Assembly (NCBI GenBank): GCA_028694275.1
Contig: JAQUTS010000001.1
Span: forward strand, 1 to 46,272
Direction: 5' to 3'
Origin: Candidatus Gastranaerophilales bacterium
GTDB taxonomy: Bacteria > Cyanobacteriota > Vampirovibrionia > Gastranaerophilales > CAJFVJ01
DNA length: 46,272 bases
Shown: piece by piece, positions 26,802 through 35,561 of the stretch
How positions within the stretch are numbered: position 1 is the first letter of the stretch
Layout of the letters: each line of letters starts with the position of its first letter
Translations under genes and position numbers: made by a program
The notes under the pieces: generated by a model
The model's input: only the letters and a program-made list of their open reading frames with translations
Databases searched by the model: none
What the model was told of the DNA's origin: nothing

Positions 26802-27828
26802 TTTCTTTTTTATTTATAACCTTTAAGTAAAATTCTTGGAATATAACACATATTGTCGCTGCAATTGCAGGAGAAAGGATTACCCCAATTACTCCGAGTG
26901 TTTGTGCTGCGATTAAGATTGCCAAAATAATCACTATGGGGTGCAAATCCAATAACTTGCCAAACATTGCAGGTTTCATAAACTGGTTTGTGACCCATTG
27001 TGCCAGAGAATAAACAACCAGTACAGAAATTACTGCTTTGGGTCCCAATGGAGCTGCTACTAAAGCACCCAGCATAAAAGCTATAATAGGACCTGCAATC
27101 GGTACAATATCCAAAACACCCGCCAAAAGTCCGAGTAATGCAGCATATTTGATTTTTAGTAAAAACAAACCTAATCCTGTCAAAATCCCGACCGCTATCA
27201 TAACAAGTATTTGCCCTATTACGTAGCCGCCTACTTTGTATGATATGGTTCTTGCCATTTGATGAACTTTATCTTTTAGCCTGTCAGGGAAAAAACTCAA
27301 TATACCGTCTTTTAATATTGGCTTATCCAGCAGCATATATAAAACAATAATCGAAGCTGTAAAAAGAATGGTTATTCCTTCGATAATATTTTTGGTTAAG
27401 TTAATTGATTGATTAAAAATTTCAGTACCCAGTTTTGTAGAGGCTTCAGAAATTGTATTGAAGTTGAATACAAGGGCTTTTGCAGGTATATCAACTTTAG
27501 AAATATCCATAATGAGGTTTTTTACATAAGATCCGTAAACGGGAAGATTATGTAAAAATAACGCTGATTCTTCAATAGCCAAAACACAAAGAGGGATTGC
27601 CAATAGAAGAATTGTGATGATTCCCAGCAAATAAACAACTGATATAGCAAGCCATCGAGGCATCACTTTTGCCATCATATCTACTAATGGGCTGAGTGCG
27701 CAGGCTACAACATAAGATCCAAAAAACAATAGTGCTATTTCTTTAAATACATAGATAAGAATAAGAAAAACTATTGTCATTACTGAAAAAAGTATAAATT
27801 GATGATTTTTTGGCTGTTTTTGATCCAT
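26794..27828 (-). CDS. AI-2E family transporter (PerM/UPF0118)
   Basis: Eight hydrophobic spans and GLLAGVLDIVPIAGPII, typical of the family. The stop overlaps the radical SAM start by 8 nt. Confidence 0.88.
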   Translation of the reverse strand: MDQKQPKNHQFILFSVMTIVFLILIYVFKEIALLFFGSYVVACALSPLVDMMAKVMPRWLAISVVYLLGIITILLLAIPLCVLAIEESALFLHNLPVYGSYVKNLIMDISKVDIPAKALVFNFNTISEASTKLGTEIFNQSINLTKNIIEGITILFTASIIVLYMLLDKPILKDGILSFFPDRLKDKVHQMARTISYKVGGYVIGQILVMIAVGILTGLGLFLLKIKYAALLGLLAGVLDIVPIAGPIIAFMLGALVAAPLGPKAVISVLVVYSLAQWVTNQFMKPAMFGKLLDLHPIVIILAILIAAQTLGVIGVILSPAIAATICVIFQEFYLKVINKKEND

Positions 27829-27918
27829 ATTTTGACCTTTTGTGTAACTTTGTTTGTATTAGAATTATATTATTAATATTTTTAATAGTAAACATATTCA
27901 AACAGAAGGAGTTTTTCG

Positions 27919-29238
27919 ATGTCGGCAAATCAGAGTATTTTTCCCAAAACGTATCAAATTACACCCACAGGTGTTGAAATAGGCGGATGTAATCTTTTGG
28001 AACTTGCCAAAAAGTACGGAACTCCACTTTATGTTTATGATGAACAAACAATAATTGATATTTGTACTGATTACAAAAACTCATTTGCAAAATATCACGA
28101 TGTTCAGCCTTTGTTCGCCTCAAAAGCTTTTATGACAAAGGCGATGTGTGCGATTTTGAAAAAACAAAATTTTGGGTTGGATGTTGTCTCAGGTGGTGAG
28201 ATTTATACCGCTTACAAATCAGGTTTTGATATGTCAAAAGTGATGTTTAACGGAAATAACAAAACACTCGATGAGCTAAAAATGGCTTTGGAATATGGTA
28301 TAGGCCATATCTCTGTCGATAATTTCTACGAAATTGAACTTTTGGGCAAATTATCACAAGAATTAAATAAAAATCAAGATATTTTGCTCCGTATTACCCC
28401 GGGCATTGAGTGCCATACCCATGAATACATCCAAACAGGTCATTTGGACAGCAAATTTGGCTTTGATTTGACTCAAATTGATGAAGCTATTACTTCTATA
28501 ATTTCAAAATATCCCCTTCTTCAAATCAAGGGACTTCATGCTCACCTTGGTTCTCAAATTTTTGAAACACAGGTTTTTGCTGATGCGGTTGATGTAATCT
28601 TTGAACAATTTAAACATATCAAAGATGCCTTTGGAATTGAACTCACCGAGATGAACATCGGCGGTGGTCTTGGTATTACATACACGACAGAAGATAATCC
28701 GCCATCTATTCAAACTATTGCAGATATTATTATTGAAGCTATTGATGTTTGTTCGCAAAAATATGGGGTTAATAAACCCAAAATTTATCTAGAACCGGGT
28801 AGAAGCATTGTCGGCACAGCAGGGGTGGCTTTGTATAAAGTCGGCAGCATAAAACAGGTTCCAAACGGCAGAAAATATGTGTCTTTGGATGGTGGTATGG
28901 CTGATAACCCAAGACCTTCAATGTATCAGGCAAAATACACTGCAGTTGTTGTTAATAAAATCAATGAAACACCTGTGGAAACTGTTACTTTGGCGGGAAG
29001 ATTTTGTGAATCTGGTGATATTATTATTGAAGATATCAACTTGCCCAAATTGGAATCAGGGGACGTGGTTTGCGTGTTTAATACCGGTGCATACGGCTAT
29101 TCTATGTCAAGCAATTATAACAGAGTGCTAAAGCCGGCTATAGTACTTGTAAATTCCGCTCAATCTGATATTATTATAAGAAGGGAAAGTTACGACGATT
29201 TGCTCTCTTGTGATGAGGTCCCGGATAGACTTCTTTAA
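27919..29238 (+). CDS. lysA: Diaminopimelate decarboxylase
   Basis: AAGGAG SD upstream. YVYDE, the ASKAF context (PLP lysine), HLGSQI, EPGRS and CESGD motifs. Confidence 0.93.
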   Translation: MSANQSIFPKTYQITPTGVEIGGCNLLELAKKYGTPLYVYDEQTIIDICTDYKNSFAKYHDVQPLFASKAFMTKAMCAILKKQNFGLDVVSGGEIYTAYKSGFDMSKVMFNGNNKTLDELKMALEYGIGHISVDNFYEIELLGKLSQELNKNQDILLRITPGIECHTHEYIQTGHLDSKFGFDLTQIDEAITSIISKYPLLQIKGLHAHLGSQIFETQVFADAVDVIFEQFKHIKDAFGIELTEMNIGGGLGITYTTEDNPPSIQTIADIIIEAIDVCSQKYGVNKPKIYLEPGRSIVGTAGVALYKVGSIKQVPNGRKYVSLDGGMADNPRPSMYQAKYTAVVVNKINETPVETVTLAGRFCESGDIIIEDINLPKLESGDVVCVFNTGAYGYSMSSNYNRVLKPAIVLVNSAQSDIIIRRESYDDLLSCDEVPDRLL

Positions 29239-29258
29239 TATCGATAAGGATTTGTCAG

Positions 29259-30179
29259 TTGCTAGATACTCTTAGTCAATTTTTTAATAATCAATTTACT
29301 TGGACTATTAAGGAATTTAGCGTAAAAGCTTTTTTTGAAATAGGCATTATATTACTGTTTTTGTATGCAATATATACGACCTATATTAAAGGAACTCAAT
29401 CAGAACGCCTTTTAAAAGGTATCGGGATGCTTTTGGGTGCTTTGATTTTGAGCAAAATCCTGATTATGCTTGATTTTCAGATAATAGGAAAGTTCTTAGA
29501 AACTTTGGTCAGTATATTGCTTTTTGGTTTGGTTGTAATTTTTCAACCTGAACTAAGACGCTTTTTGGGGTATCTTGGGCAGCCTGGTATATTTAGCAAA
29601 AATATTTTTCAAATAGAACCACACCATGGCCCTCAGTCAAAATTAAATGTGGTTAAAGAAATTACAGAAGCCGTAAAACACCTCAGCAAAACACGTACAG
29701 GTGCGCTTATGGTTTTGCAAAACATAAAAGAAAACAACACAATGTTTGATGTTGGGACAAAAATTGACGGAGATGTCTCTCAAGAGCTTCTTTTGACAAT
29801 TTTTCACCCTAATACAGCTTTGCATGACGGGGCTGTTGTTATTTGTAACGGAAAAGTCGTCTCTGCAGGGGTGTTGCTTCCTTTGACCGAAGACCCTAAG
29901 CTCAGCTGGAGGTATGGAACCAGGCACAGAGCTGCAATCGGTATGTCAGAAGTTTCTGATTATTTGTGTTTGGTTGTTTCTGAAGAAACAGGAAATATGT
30001 CAGTGGCTTATAAAGGCCAGCTTATAACTTGTGCTGATATTCAAGAATTCAAAACCCGTGTACAGGATTATCTAGGGGTTAGTGATCAATCAGAACCTTC
30101 TGAGAAGATTGCTGATGCAAAGAAGTTTTCAGTGGAGCAAATTTTTCCTGAAAAATCGAAAAAAACAAAAGTTGATTAA
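29259..30179 (+). CDS. cdaA: Diadenylate cyclase CdaA (DisA_N domain, three N-terminal TM helices)
   Basis: TRTGALMV, HDGAVVI and GTRHRAAIGMSEVSD..LVVSEETG. TTG start with an AAGGA SD 8 nt upstream. Confidence 0.9.
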   Translation: MLDTLSQFFNNQFTWTIKEFSVKAFFEIGIILLFLYAIYTTYIKGTQSERLLKGIGMLLGALILSKILIMLDFQIIGKFLETLVSILLFGLVVIFQPELRRFLGYLGQPGIFSKNIFQIEPHHGPQSKLNVVKEITEAVKHLSKTRTGALMVLQNIKENNTMFDVGTKIDGDVSQELLLTIFHPNTALHDGAVVICNGKVVSAGVLLPLTEDPKLSWRYGTRHRAAIGMSEVSDYLCLVVSEETGNMSVAYKGQLITCADIQEFKTRVQDYLGVSDQSEPSEKIADAKKFSVEQIFPEKSKKTKVD

Positions 30180-30313
30180 TAAATAGTTAATTATTATGAA
30201 AATAATTCACTAGTCTTATATAATTACCGCATGGATTAATACATCTAAGTAATATTTGTATTATTTTGAAAAATATAAAAAAGTGTGTAAGTCTATAATA
30301 AGGAGGGATTTTT

Positions 30314-30709
30314 ATGAAATTAAATACACTATTAATACTTGCTATTTTTTTGGTGCCGTTAGCATTGTATTCATTTTTGGGATCTGAAAGCAACATTTTT
30401 ACGTCTAATATATCAGTTGCTCAGGGAAACAAACCCAAAATGGTTATGATTACGTCCCCAATGTGTGGCGAGTGCGTGAAAATGAAAAAAATTATTCACC
30501 AAGTTCAGCCGTCTTATCAAAATGATGTCATTTTTGAAAGATTTGAAGCTGATTCATCATCTGCACAACCATATATCAAAAAATACAACATCACTGTTGT
30601 GCCGACAATGATTTTCTTCAAAAAGAACGGCCAATTGTACACAAAAATCGAGGGAAGTATTCCTCAAAGCCAGTTAGAAAATTATTTGAAAGAGTTAAAG
30701 AATGGATAG
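30314..30709 (+). CDS. Secreted/anchored thioredoxin-fold protein (CGEC active site)
   Basis: Strong AAGGAGGG SD, a signal peptide, and a CxxC motif (SPMCGECVKM). It is coupled to ccdA. Confidence 0.85.
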   Translation: MKLNTLLILAIFLVPLALYSFLGSESNIFTSNISVAQGNKPKMVMITSPMCGECVKMKKIIHQVQPSYQNDVIFERFEADSSSAQPYIKKYNITVVPTMIFFKKNGQLYTKIEGSIPQSQLENYLKELKNG

Positions 30710-31415
30710 TATAAATCACTTTTTAATGTCCCAAATGGGCGTTGCACACAGTAGTGCATTACTTTTAGTTTTAGCATTTTTGGGCGGGATCGTTGCGTCA
30801 GCTTCACCTTGTTCATTGGGACTTTTGCCTGTCGTCATAGGTTATGTCGGCGGGAATGACCAGAAAAAAGATATCAAACTTATGGTGCAAGTAATATCTT
30901 TTATTCTCGGTATTGCTATAGCATTGACAGTCATCGGCGTTACATGCGCTATGACGGGTCAGGTTCTTGGGGCCAATGCAAACCCTTATCTGATGCTGTT
31001 TTTAGCGTCGTTGATTTTGGTTATGGGGCTTCATGTCCTTGAAATTTTATATGTACCTATGCCTACAGTTGTTAAGCAGCTTCCTCAAAACAAAAGTGGA
31101 AGTGTGTTTTTGATTCCTGTTTTGATAGGGATTATATTTGCTCTTGGGACAACACCTTGTTCTACACCTATTTTGGCCAGTATTATGGCTTTTGCTTCAC
31201 TTAAATCTAATCTTGCCACAGGAGCGATGCTTTTCTTTACGTTTGCTCTTGGACAAGGTGTGATTTTGCTTGTTGCAGCATTTTTTACCAATGCGTGTAA
31301 GAAACTTCTTTCTATGCACTCATTATCGTCTGTAATAATGAAAAGCAGCGGGGTATTGCTGGTATTAGCGTCATTCTATTTGTATTACAAGATATTTGCA
31401 CCGTTATTTCTATAA
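30702..31415 (+). CDS. ccdA: Cytochrome c biogenesis / thiol-disulfide transfer membrane protein CcdA (DsbD core)
   Basis: SPCSLGLLPVVIGY and TPCSTPILASI are the two conserved Cys-Pro contexts. Six TM segments. Confidence 0.88.
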   Translation: MDSINHFLMSQMGVAHSSALLLVLAFLGGIVASASPCSLGLLPVVIGYVGGNDQKKDIKLMVQVISFILGIAIALTVIGVTCAMTGQVLGANANPYLMLFLASLILVMGLHVLEILYVPMPTVVKQLPQNKSGSVFLIPVLIGIIFALGTTPCSTPILASIMAFASLKSNLATGAMLFFTFALGQGVILLVAAFFTNACKKLLSMHSLSSVIMKSSGVLLVLASFYLYYKIFAPLFL

Positions 31416-31434
31416 AAATTGAATAAACTTACTC

Positions 31435-31462
31435 AAAAAGCGAGCTCAAAGGCTCGCTTTTT
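31435..31462. terminator. Bidirectional terminator between convergent ccdA and the activase-like gene
   Basis: AGCGAGC (31439-31445) pairs with GCTCGCT (31452-31458). It is flanked by an A5 run and a T5 run. Confidence 0.75.
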
Positions 31463-31483
31463 ACATGTTGAATTTTGCTTAAA

Positions 31484-32488
31484 CTATTGCATATCCCATT
31501 TGCCGCAAGTGCCGCCCCATCTGGCAATAATTTTGCCTTCGACTTCTTTTGGGGTATGGGCATTTGGGTTGGTATTATGGCCTTCCAGTATTGTGATGAT
31601 TTCACAATTGTTAGAACAGCCTTTACATTCATTTGTTACAGACGAAAATTCCAATTCGCTTACATTCCAACCTTTGAACATTGTTGGTTTTTGCGTATAG
31701 TCGAAATTTTCCATTGCGAGCAGTGCAGCACCAATCGCACCCATAGTTTGGTGGTGTTCGGGCACAACAATATCGCATCCCAATGCTTCTTCAAATGCCT
31801 TCACCATGCCTGTATTTGTAGCTACACCGCCTTGGAAGACGACTTTTGACAGGAGTTCTTTACCAAGTGCAAGATTACTCAGGTAGTTGCGCACAAGAGC
31901 CTGACAAAGGCCGTATAAAAGATCTTCAACAGGATACCCGAGTTGTTGTTTGTGAATAAGGTCACTTTCTGCAAAAACTCCGCATCTGCCTGCAATTCTG
32001 GCAGGTGATGTTGATTTGAGTGCAGTCGGGCCAAAATCTTGTATGGGAACATTAAGTCTTGATGCTTGTTGATCGAGAAAGCTTCCGGTGCCTGCTGCGC
32101 ATACCGTATTCATGGCAAAATCGGTAACAATTCCATCACGAAGAAGGATAATTTTGCTGTCTTGCCCACCGATTTCTAAAATTGTTTGTACTTCAGGGAT
32201 ATATGTTGATGCAGCTACTGCATGAGCTGTGATTTCGTTTTTTATAACATCAGCACCTACAAGAGCACCTGCCAGATTTCTGCCGCTTCCTGTTGTTCCT
32301 ACTCCTGATATTTCATAATCGCTGTAGCCTTTTTCAAGGAGGTTTTGCATGCTTTTTTGTACTGCAATTACAGGTTTGCCTGATGTTCTAATCATCGTTG
32401 TATCAATACAGTTGCCTTGTTCATCTATAAGGGCAATTTTGGTAGTAACTGAGCCTACATCTATACCTAAAAAAGCTTTCTTTGACAT
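31484..32488 (-). CDS. BadF/BadG/BcrA/BcrD-type ATPase (2-hydroxyacyl-CoA dehydratase activase-like) with a Cys-rich C-terminal extension
   Basis: LGIDVGSVTTK, VCAAGTGSFLD and RCGVFAESD (cluster Cys contexts). Tail is ...CKGCSNNC...GGTCGKW. Confidence 0.85.
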   Translation of the reverse strand: MSKKAFLGIDVGSVTTKIALIDEQGNCIDTTMIRTSGKPVIAVQKSMQNLLEKGYSDYEISGVGTTGSGRNLAGALVGADVIKNEITAHAVAASTYIPEVQTILEIGGQDSKIILLRDGIVTDFAMNTVCAAGTGSFLDQQASRLNVPIQDFGPTALKSTSPARIAGRCGVFAESDLIHKQQLGYPVEDLLYGLCQALVRNYLSNLALGKELLSKVVFQGGVATNTGMVKAFEEALGCDIVVPEHHQTMGAIGAALLAMENFDYTQKPTMFKGWNVSELEFSSVTNECKGCSNNCEIITILEGHNTNPNAHTPKEVEGKIIARWGGTCGKWDMQ

Positions 32489-32600
32489 AATTCTCTCCTT
32501 ACATAACTTTATAAGTCAAAAACGTATTTATGTAAAGTGAGTCAGACTTCTAGATTTTTAAGAGTATGACAGATTTTTGATAATTGGATATAATTTTAGT

Positions 32601-33233
32601 ATGAGAAATTTTCCTAAAGCTGTAATATTTTTGTTTATATGTTTTATTTTTCAAGGTGCCGGTTACGTCGGGACACCTCCTAATTTGAATGATTATTTTC
32701 AGGCAGAAAGACAAGAGAGCCAAAGTGAAGGATTTTTAGATATTCAAAAAGAAAAACTGACCCCTCCGCCTAAGCTTGACCCAAAATTACTGCAGAAGCA
32801 GCTAGCTCCTTCTGATTACAGTAATTTACAGCTTCAAGTCCTCAGGCCTGCCAAGAAGCCTGCTTATTACAATGATCTTCTGGATTTAAAAACGACCGTA
32901 GAATCCTTACAAGAAGCGACAAAAACAAGCGAAGTACAGAATTTTTGCGCATGTGTAAATATCCAAAAATTTTATCTGGAAGGTTTTTTGGACAAATACA
33001 AGAACTCTCCTCAGGCCAAACAAGATATTTATCCTGCTGTAAAAGATGTTGTTGTGTACTCTCAAGCTGTTGCCAATCAATGGTATACGGCTGTTGATAA
33101 CATACAATATGTATCATACAATTCTTACAATGGGGCATATCAGCCAGCTGCTATCAGGGCCAAAGTTAATGTTTTAGATAAAAAACTTTCAAATCTCAAA
33201 AAAATGATTGAATCAGCAGAACTCTCATTTTAG
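32601..33233 (+). CDS. Hypothetical secreted protein
   Basis: Signal peptide MRNFPKAVIFLFICFIFQGAG. An in-frame TTG at 32577 is an alternative start. I recognise no family. Confidence 0.7.
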   Translation: MRNFPKAVIFLFICFIFQGAGYVGTPPNLNDYFQAERQESQSEGFLDIQKEKLTPPPKLDPKLLQKQLAPSDYSNLQLQVLRPAKKPAYYNDLLDLKTTVESLQEATKTSEVQNFCACVNIQKFYLEGFLDKYKNSPQAKQDIYPAVKDVVVYSQAVANQWYTAVDNIQYVSYNSYNGAYQPAAIRAKVNVLDKKLSNLKKMIESAELSF

Positions 33234-33320
33234 GAGTCAGGGCTTAACCTGACTGGGGATTAAAAAAATATATTAAATCGCAGAACATGTCTATATATAA
33301 AATTACGAGGTGTGTGGACA

Positions 33321-33944
33321 ATGTTGAGAAAAATTGCGCTCTTGGCAATTTTGCTATTCGCGACTTCTTATGCTTATGCTGATTTTACGACTTTTGAGGG
33401 GAATGATAATGCTTACTACACTAGTTCTGATACGTCTGATTATTCTGATGCAGGTAATTACCCAAAAATAACCAGAATGGAAAAAAAAATATACAACCGC
33501 ACTTATGAATCTGAAAACATCTACTTGCGGCTTCAACGATTGGAAAAAAGCCTTTATCATAAAACCTATGATAGTGTGGATTTGGCTGATAGGGTCGATA
33601 AAATAGCAGGTGAACTGCAAATTTCTGCAATGCCTGGCTATTTATTGACAGATATTTCTGCTTTGGAAAAGGCTAACTTTGAAAAAACTTTTTCTAAAGA
33701 TTCACCCGATAATCGTCTCGACAGGCTTGAATACCATTTGATAGGTGCAGCTCAAGAGGGTAGCTTTGATAACAGGGTTTACAAACTAAAACAGCTTACA
33801 ACCCAAAATGGGATATCCCATTATTTGGATTCTGCCAATCAGGATATTACAGGCTTGGACCCTGTAAATACATCTTCTGGCAAAATGAACTCAATACAAA
33901 ATGTACTTTATTTTGTGGCACCACTTTTGTTCGGTTTGTTATAA
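33321..33944 (+). CDS. Hypothetical exported, C-terminally anchored protein with four ~23-aa internal repeats
   Basis: Signal peptide MLRKIALLAILLFATSYAYA and GAGG about 10 nt upstream of ATG 33321. The GTG at 33312 is too close to the SD. Hydrophobic C-terminus VLYFVAPLLFGLL. Confidence 0.75.
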   Translation: MLRKIALLAILLFATSYAYADFTTFEGNDNAYYTSSDTSDYSDAGNYPKITRMEKKIYNRTYESENIYLRLQRLEKSLYHKTYDSVDLADRVDKIAGELQISAMPGYLLTDISALEKANFEKTFSKDSPDNRLDRLEYHLIGAAQEGSFDNRVYKLKQLTTQNGISHYLDSANQDITGLDPVNTSSGKMNSIQNVLYFVAPLLFGLL

Positions 33945-33953
33945 AATATCTTT

Positions 33954-35561
33954 ATGAAAAAAATCATTTTAGTTATGTTAATTTTGTTTTGTTGTTTGCC
34001 TTGCTTCGCAGTTAATTACAAAGAAATTGTCAGAGTGGGAATAAGCGATAATTCTTTTTCAAAACTTTATTATCCTGTTATAACAATAGGTGCAACCTCT
34101 GATTATACTGTTTATGACAAACAATCAAACGCTGATATAATCACTTTACCTTGTTCAAAACCTCTAAAGATAGAAATGCAAAATAACAAACTGAATTTGT
34201 ATTCTGATACTTTGATTAAGACCTCTTTGCAAGGGCCCTTGGGTGTTAAAACACAAGGATTGCTAAAAATTAACGGCTTGAAAAGACTTGGCAAAGATGC
34301 TCTTTACCGAGGGGAATTTGAGATAGCTATTGCCAATAACGGGCATACAGGATTCAATGTTATAAACGTGTTGCCTATGCAAGATTACCTAAAAGGCGTT
34401 GTCCCTAATGAAATGCCTGTATCTTTTGGTCTTGAAGCACTGAAAGCTCAAACTGTTGCCGCTCGTAATTACATATTACGCCCAAGAACCGTGATATATC
34501 ACAATTTTGATGTTTGTGACAGTGTTCAATCCCAGGTGTATTTTGGGGCTAATACTGAACATCCTTTGTCTAATCAGGCAGTTGATGAAACATTGGGGCT
34601 TTTTGCTCTTTATAAAAACCACATTATTTTAGCCTTATATAGTTCTACCGCGGGCGGGTGTACGGAAAATTACGAAAATGTGTTCTTGGCTCCAAAGTGG
34701 GAGACAAAACCTGTTGAGCCTCTTCCTTATCTTAGGGGTAGGCCTGATAAACGATTTGAGCTTAAAAATGAAAATGATTTAGTTCAGTTTTATGTCGGAT
34801 TTCCCGATAGCTATGATACCGAGTCTAAGTTTTATCGCTGGCAAGTTTGCTGGGATAGGCCTGAATTGGAAGAGGTTCTGAAAAAAACACTCAAACAAAA
34901 TGCCAAAAGCGGTTATATTGATCCTGATTTTACAGATGAATCTTTTGGGGTTTTAAAAGATATTCGAGTAACACAGCGCGGTGTCTCAGGAAAGGCTATT
35001 TCTGTTGAAATTGTTACTGATAAGGGGACTTTTGAAGTCAGAAAAGAACTTATTATCAGAAAAATTTTCCAAAAAAATTCAAAACTTCTCTACAGTGCCA
35101 ACTTTGTCGTAAATAGTCTTTATGATGAAGAAGGGAATCTTTGCAGCGTGACCTTTTTAGGAGGCGGATACGGGCATGGTGTGGGGTTGAGTCAGTATGG
35201 CGCGGGTAAAATGTCCAAAATGGGTTATAAATTCAATGACATTTTGCAACATTATTATACAGGTATAGCAATAGGGACTTGCCCTGTCGAGGTCGCAAAT
35301 TCTTCTGTGAGTATGGATTTTGCTGCACCAAATTCTAAAGCAACATTAATGATAGAAAATCCTGATTGTGTAAAAAACTTTACTTTTATTATTAATGATG
35401 TTGAGATAAATTTAGAAAAAGATTGTTTGTCCAAATCTGCAACTGTGCGGCTGGATAAATATTTGAAAAAAGAAAACAATATAGTTTTCTTACCGATAAA
35501 CAATTCGTCAAAAACAGTAAAAGCGTGGATAGAGGTATATAGCCCAAAAGATGAGAATTAA
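33954..35561 (+). CDS. SpoIID/LytB domain-containing protein
   Basis: EALKAQTVAARNY, CDSVQSQVY, YSSTAGGCTEN and GGGYGHGVGLSQYGA. An extra ~95-aa C-terminal domain is present. Confidence 0.88.
   Translation: MKKIILVMLILFCCLPCFAVNYKEIVRVGISDNSFSKLYYPVITIGATSDYTVYDKQSNADIITLPCSKPLKIEMQNNKLNLYSDTLIKTSLQGPLGVKTQGLLKINGLKRLGKDALYRGEFEIAIANNGHTGFNVINVLPMQDYLKGVVPNEMPVSFGLEALKAQTVAARNYILRPRTVIYHNFDVCDSVQSQVYFGANTEHPLSNQAVDETLGLFALYKNHIILALYSSTAGGCTENYENVFLAPKWETKPVEPLPYLRGRPDKRFELKNENDLVQFYVGFPDSYDTESKFYRWQVCWDRPELEEVLKKTLKQNAKSGYIDPDFTDESFGVLKDIRVTQRGVSGKAISVEIVTDKGTFEVRKELIIRKIFQKNSKLLYSANFVVNSLYDEEGNLCSVTFLGGGYGHGVGLSQYGAGKMSKMGYKFNDILQHYYTGIAIGTCPVEVANSSVSMDFAAPNSKATLMIENPDCVKNFTFIINDVEINLEKDCLSKSATVRLDKYLKKENNIVFLPINNSSKTVKAWIEVYSPKDEN

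Noticed and set aside
30266-30299. A TTGAAA ... TATAAT pair upstream of the thioredoxin-ccdA genes as a sigma-70 promoter.
   Set aside because: The spacer between the hexamers is 22 nt by my count, which is too long for a canonical promoter. Hexamer-like strings are frequent in AT-rich DNA.
33235-33254. The hairpin AGTCAGG-gcttaa-CCTGACT after the 32601-33233 gene as a terminator.
   Set aside because: The stem is short and is followed by GGGGATTAAAAAAA rather than a T-run. At best it is a weak attenuating structure.
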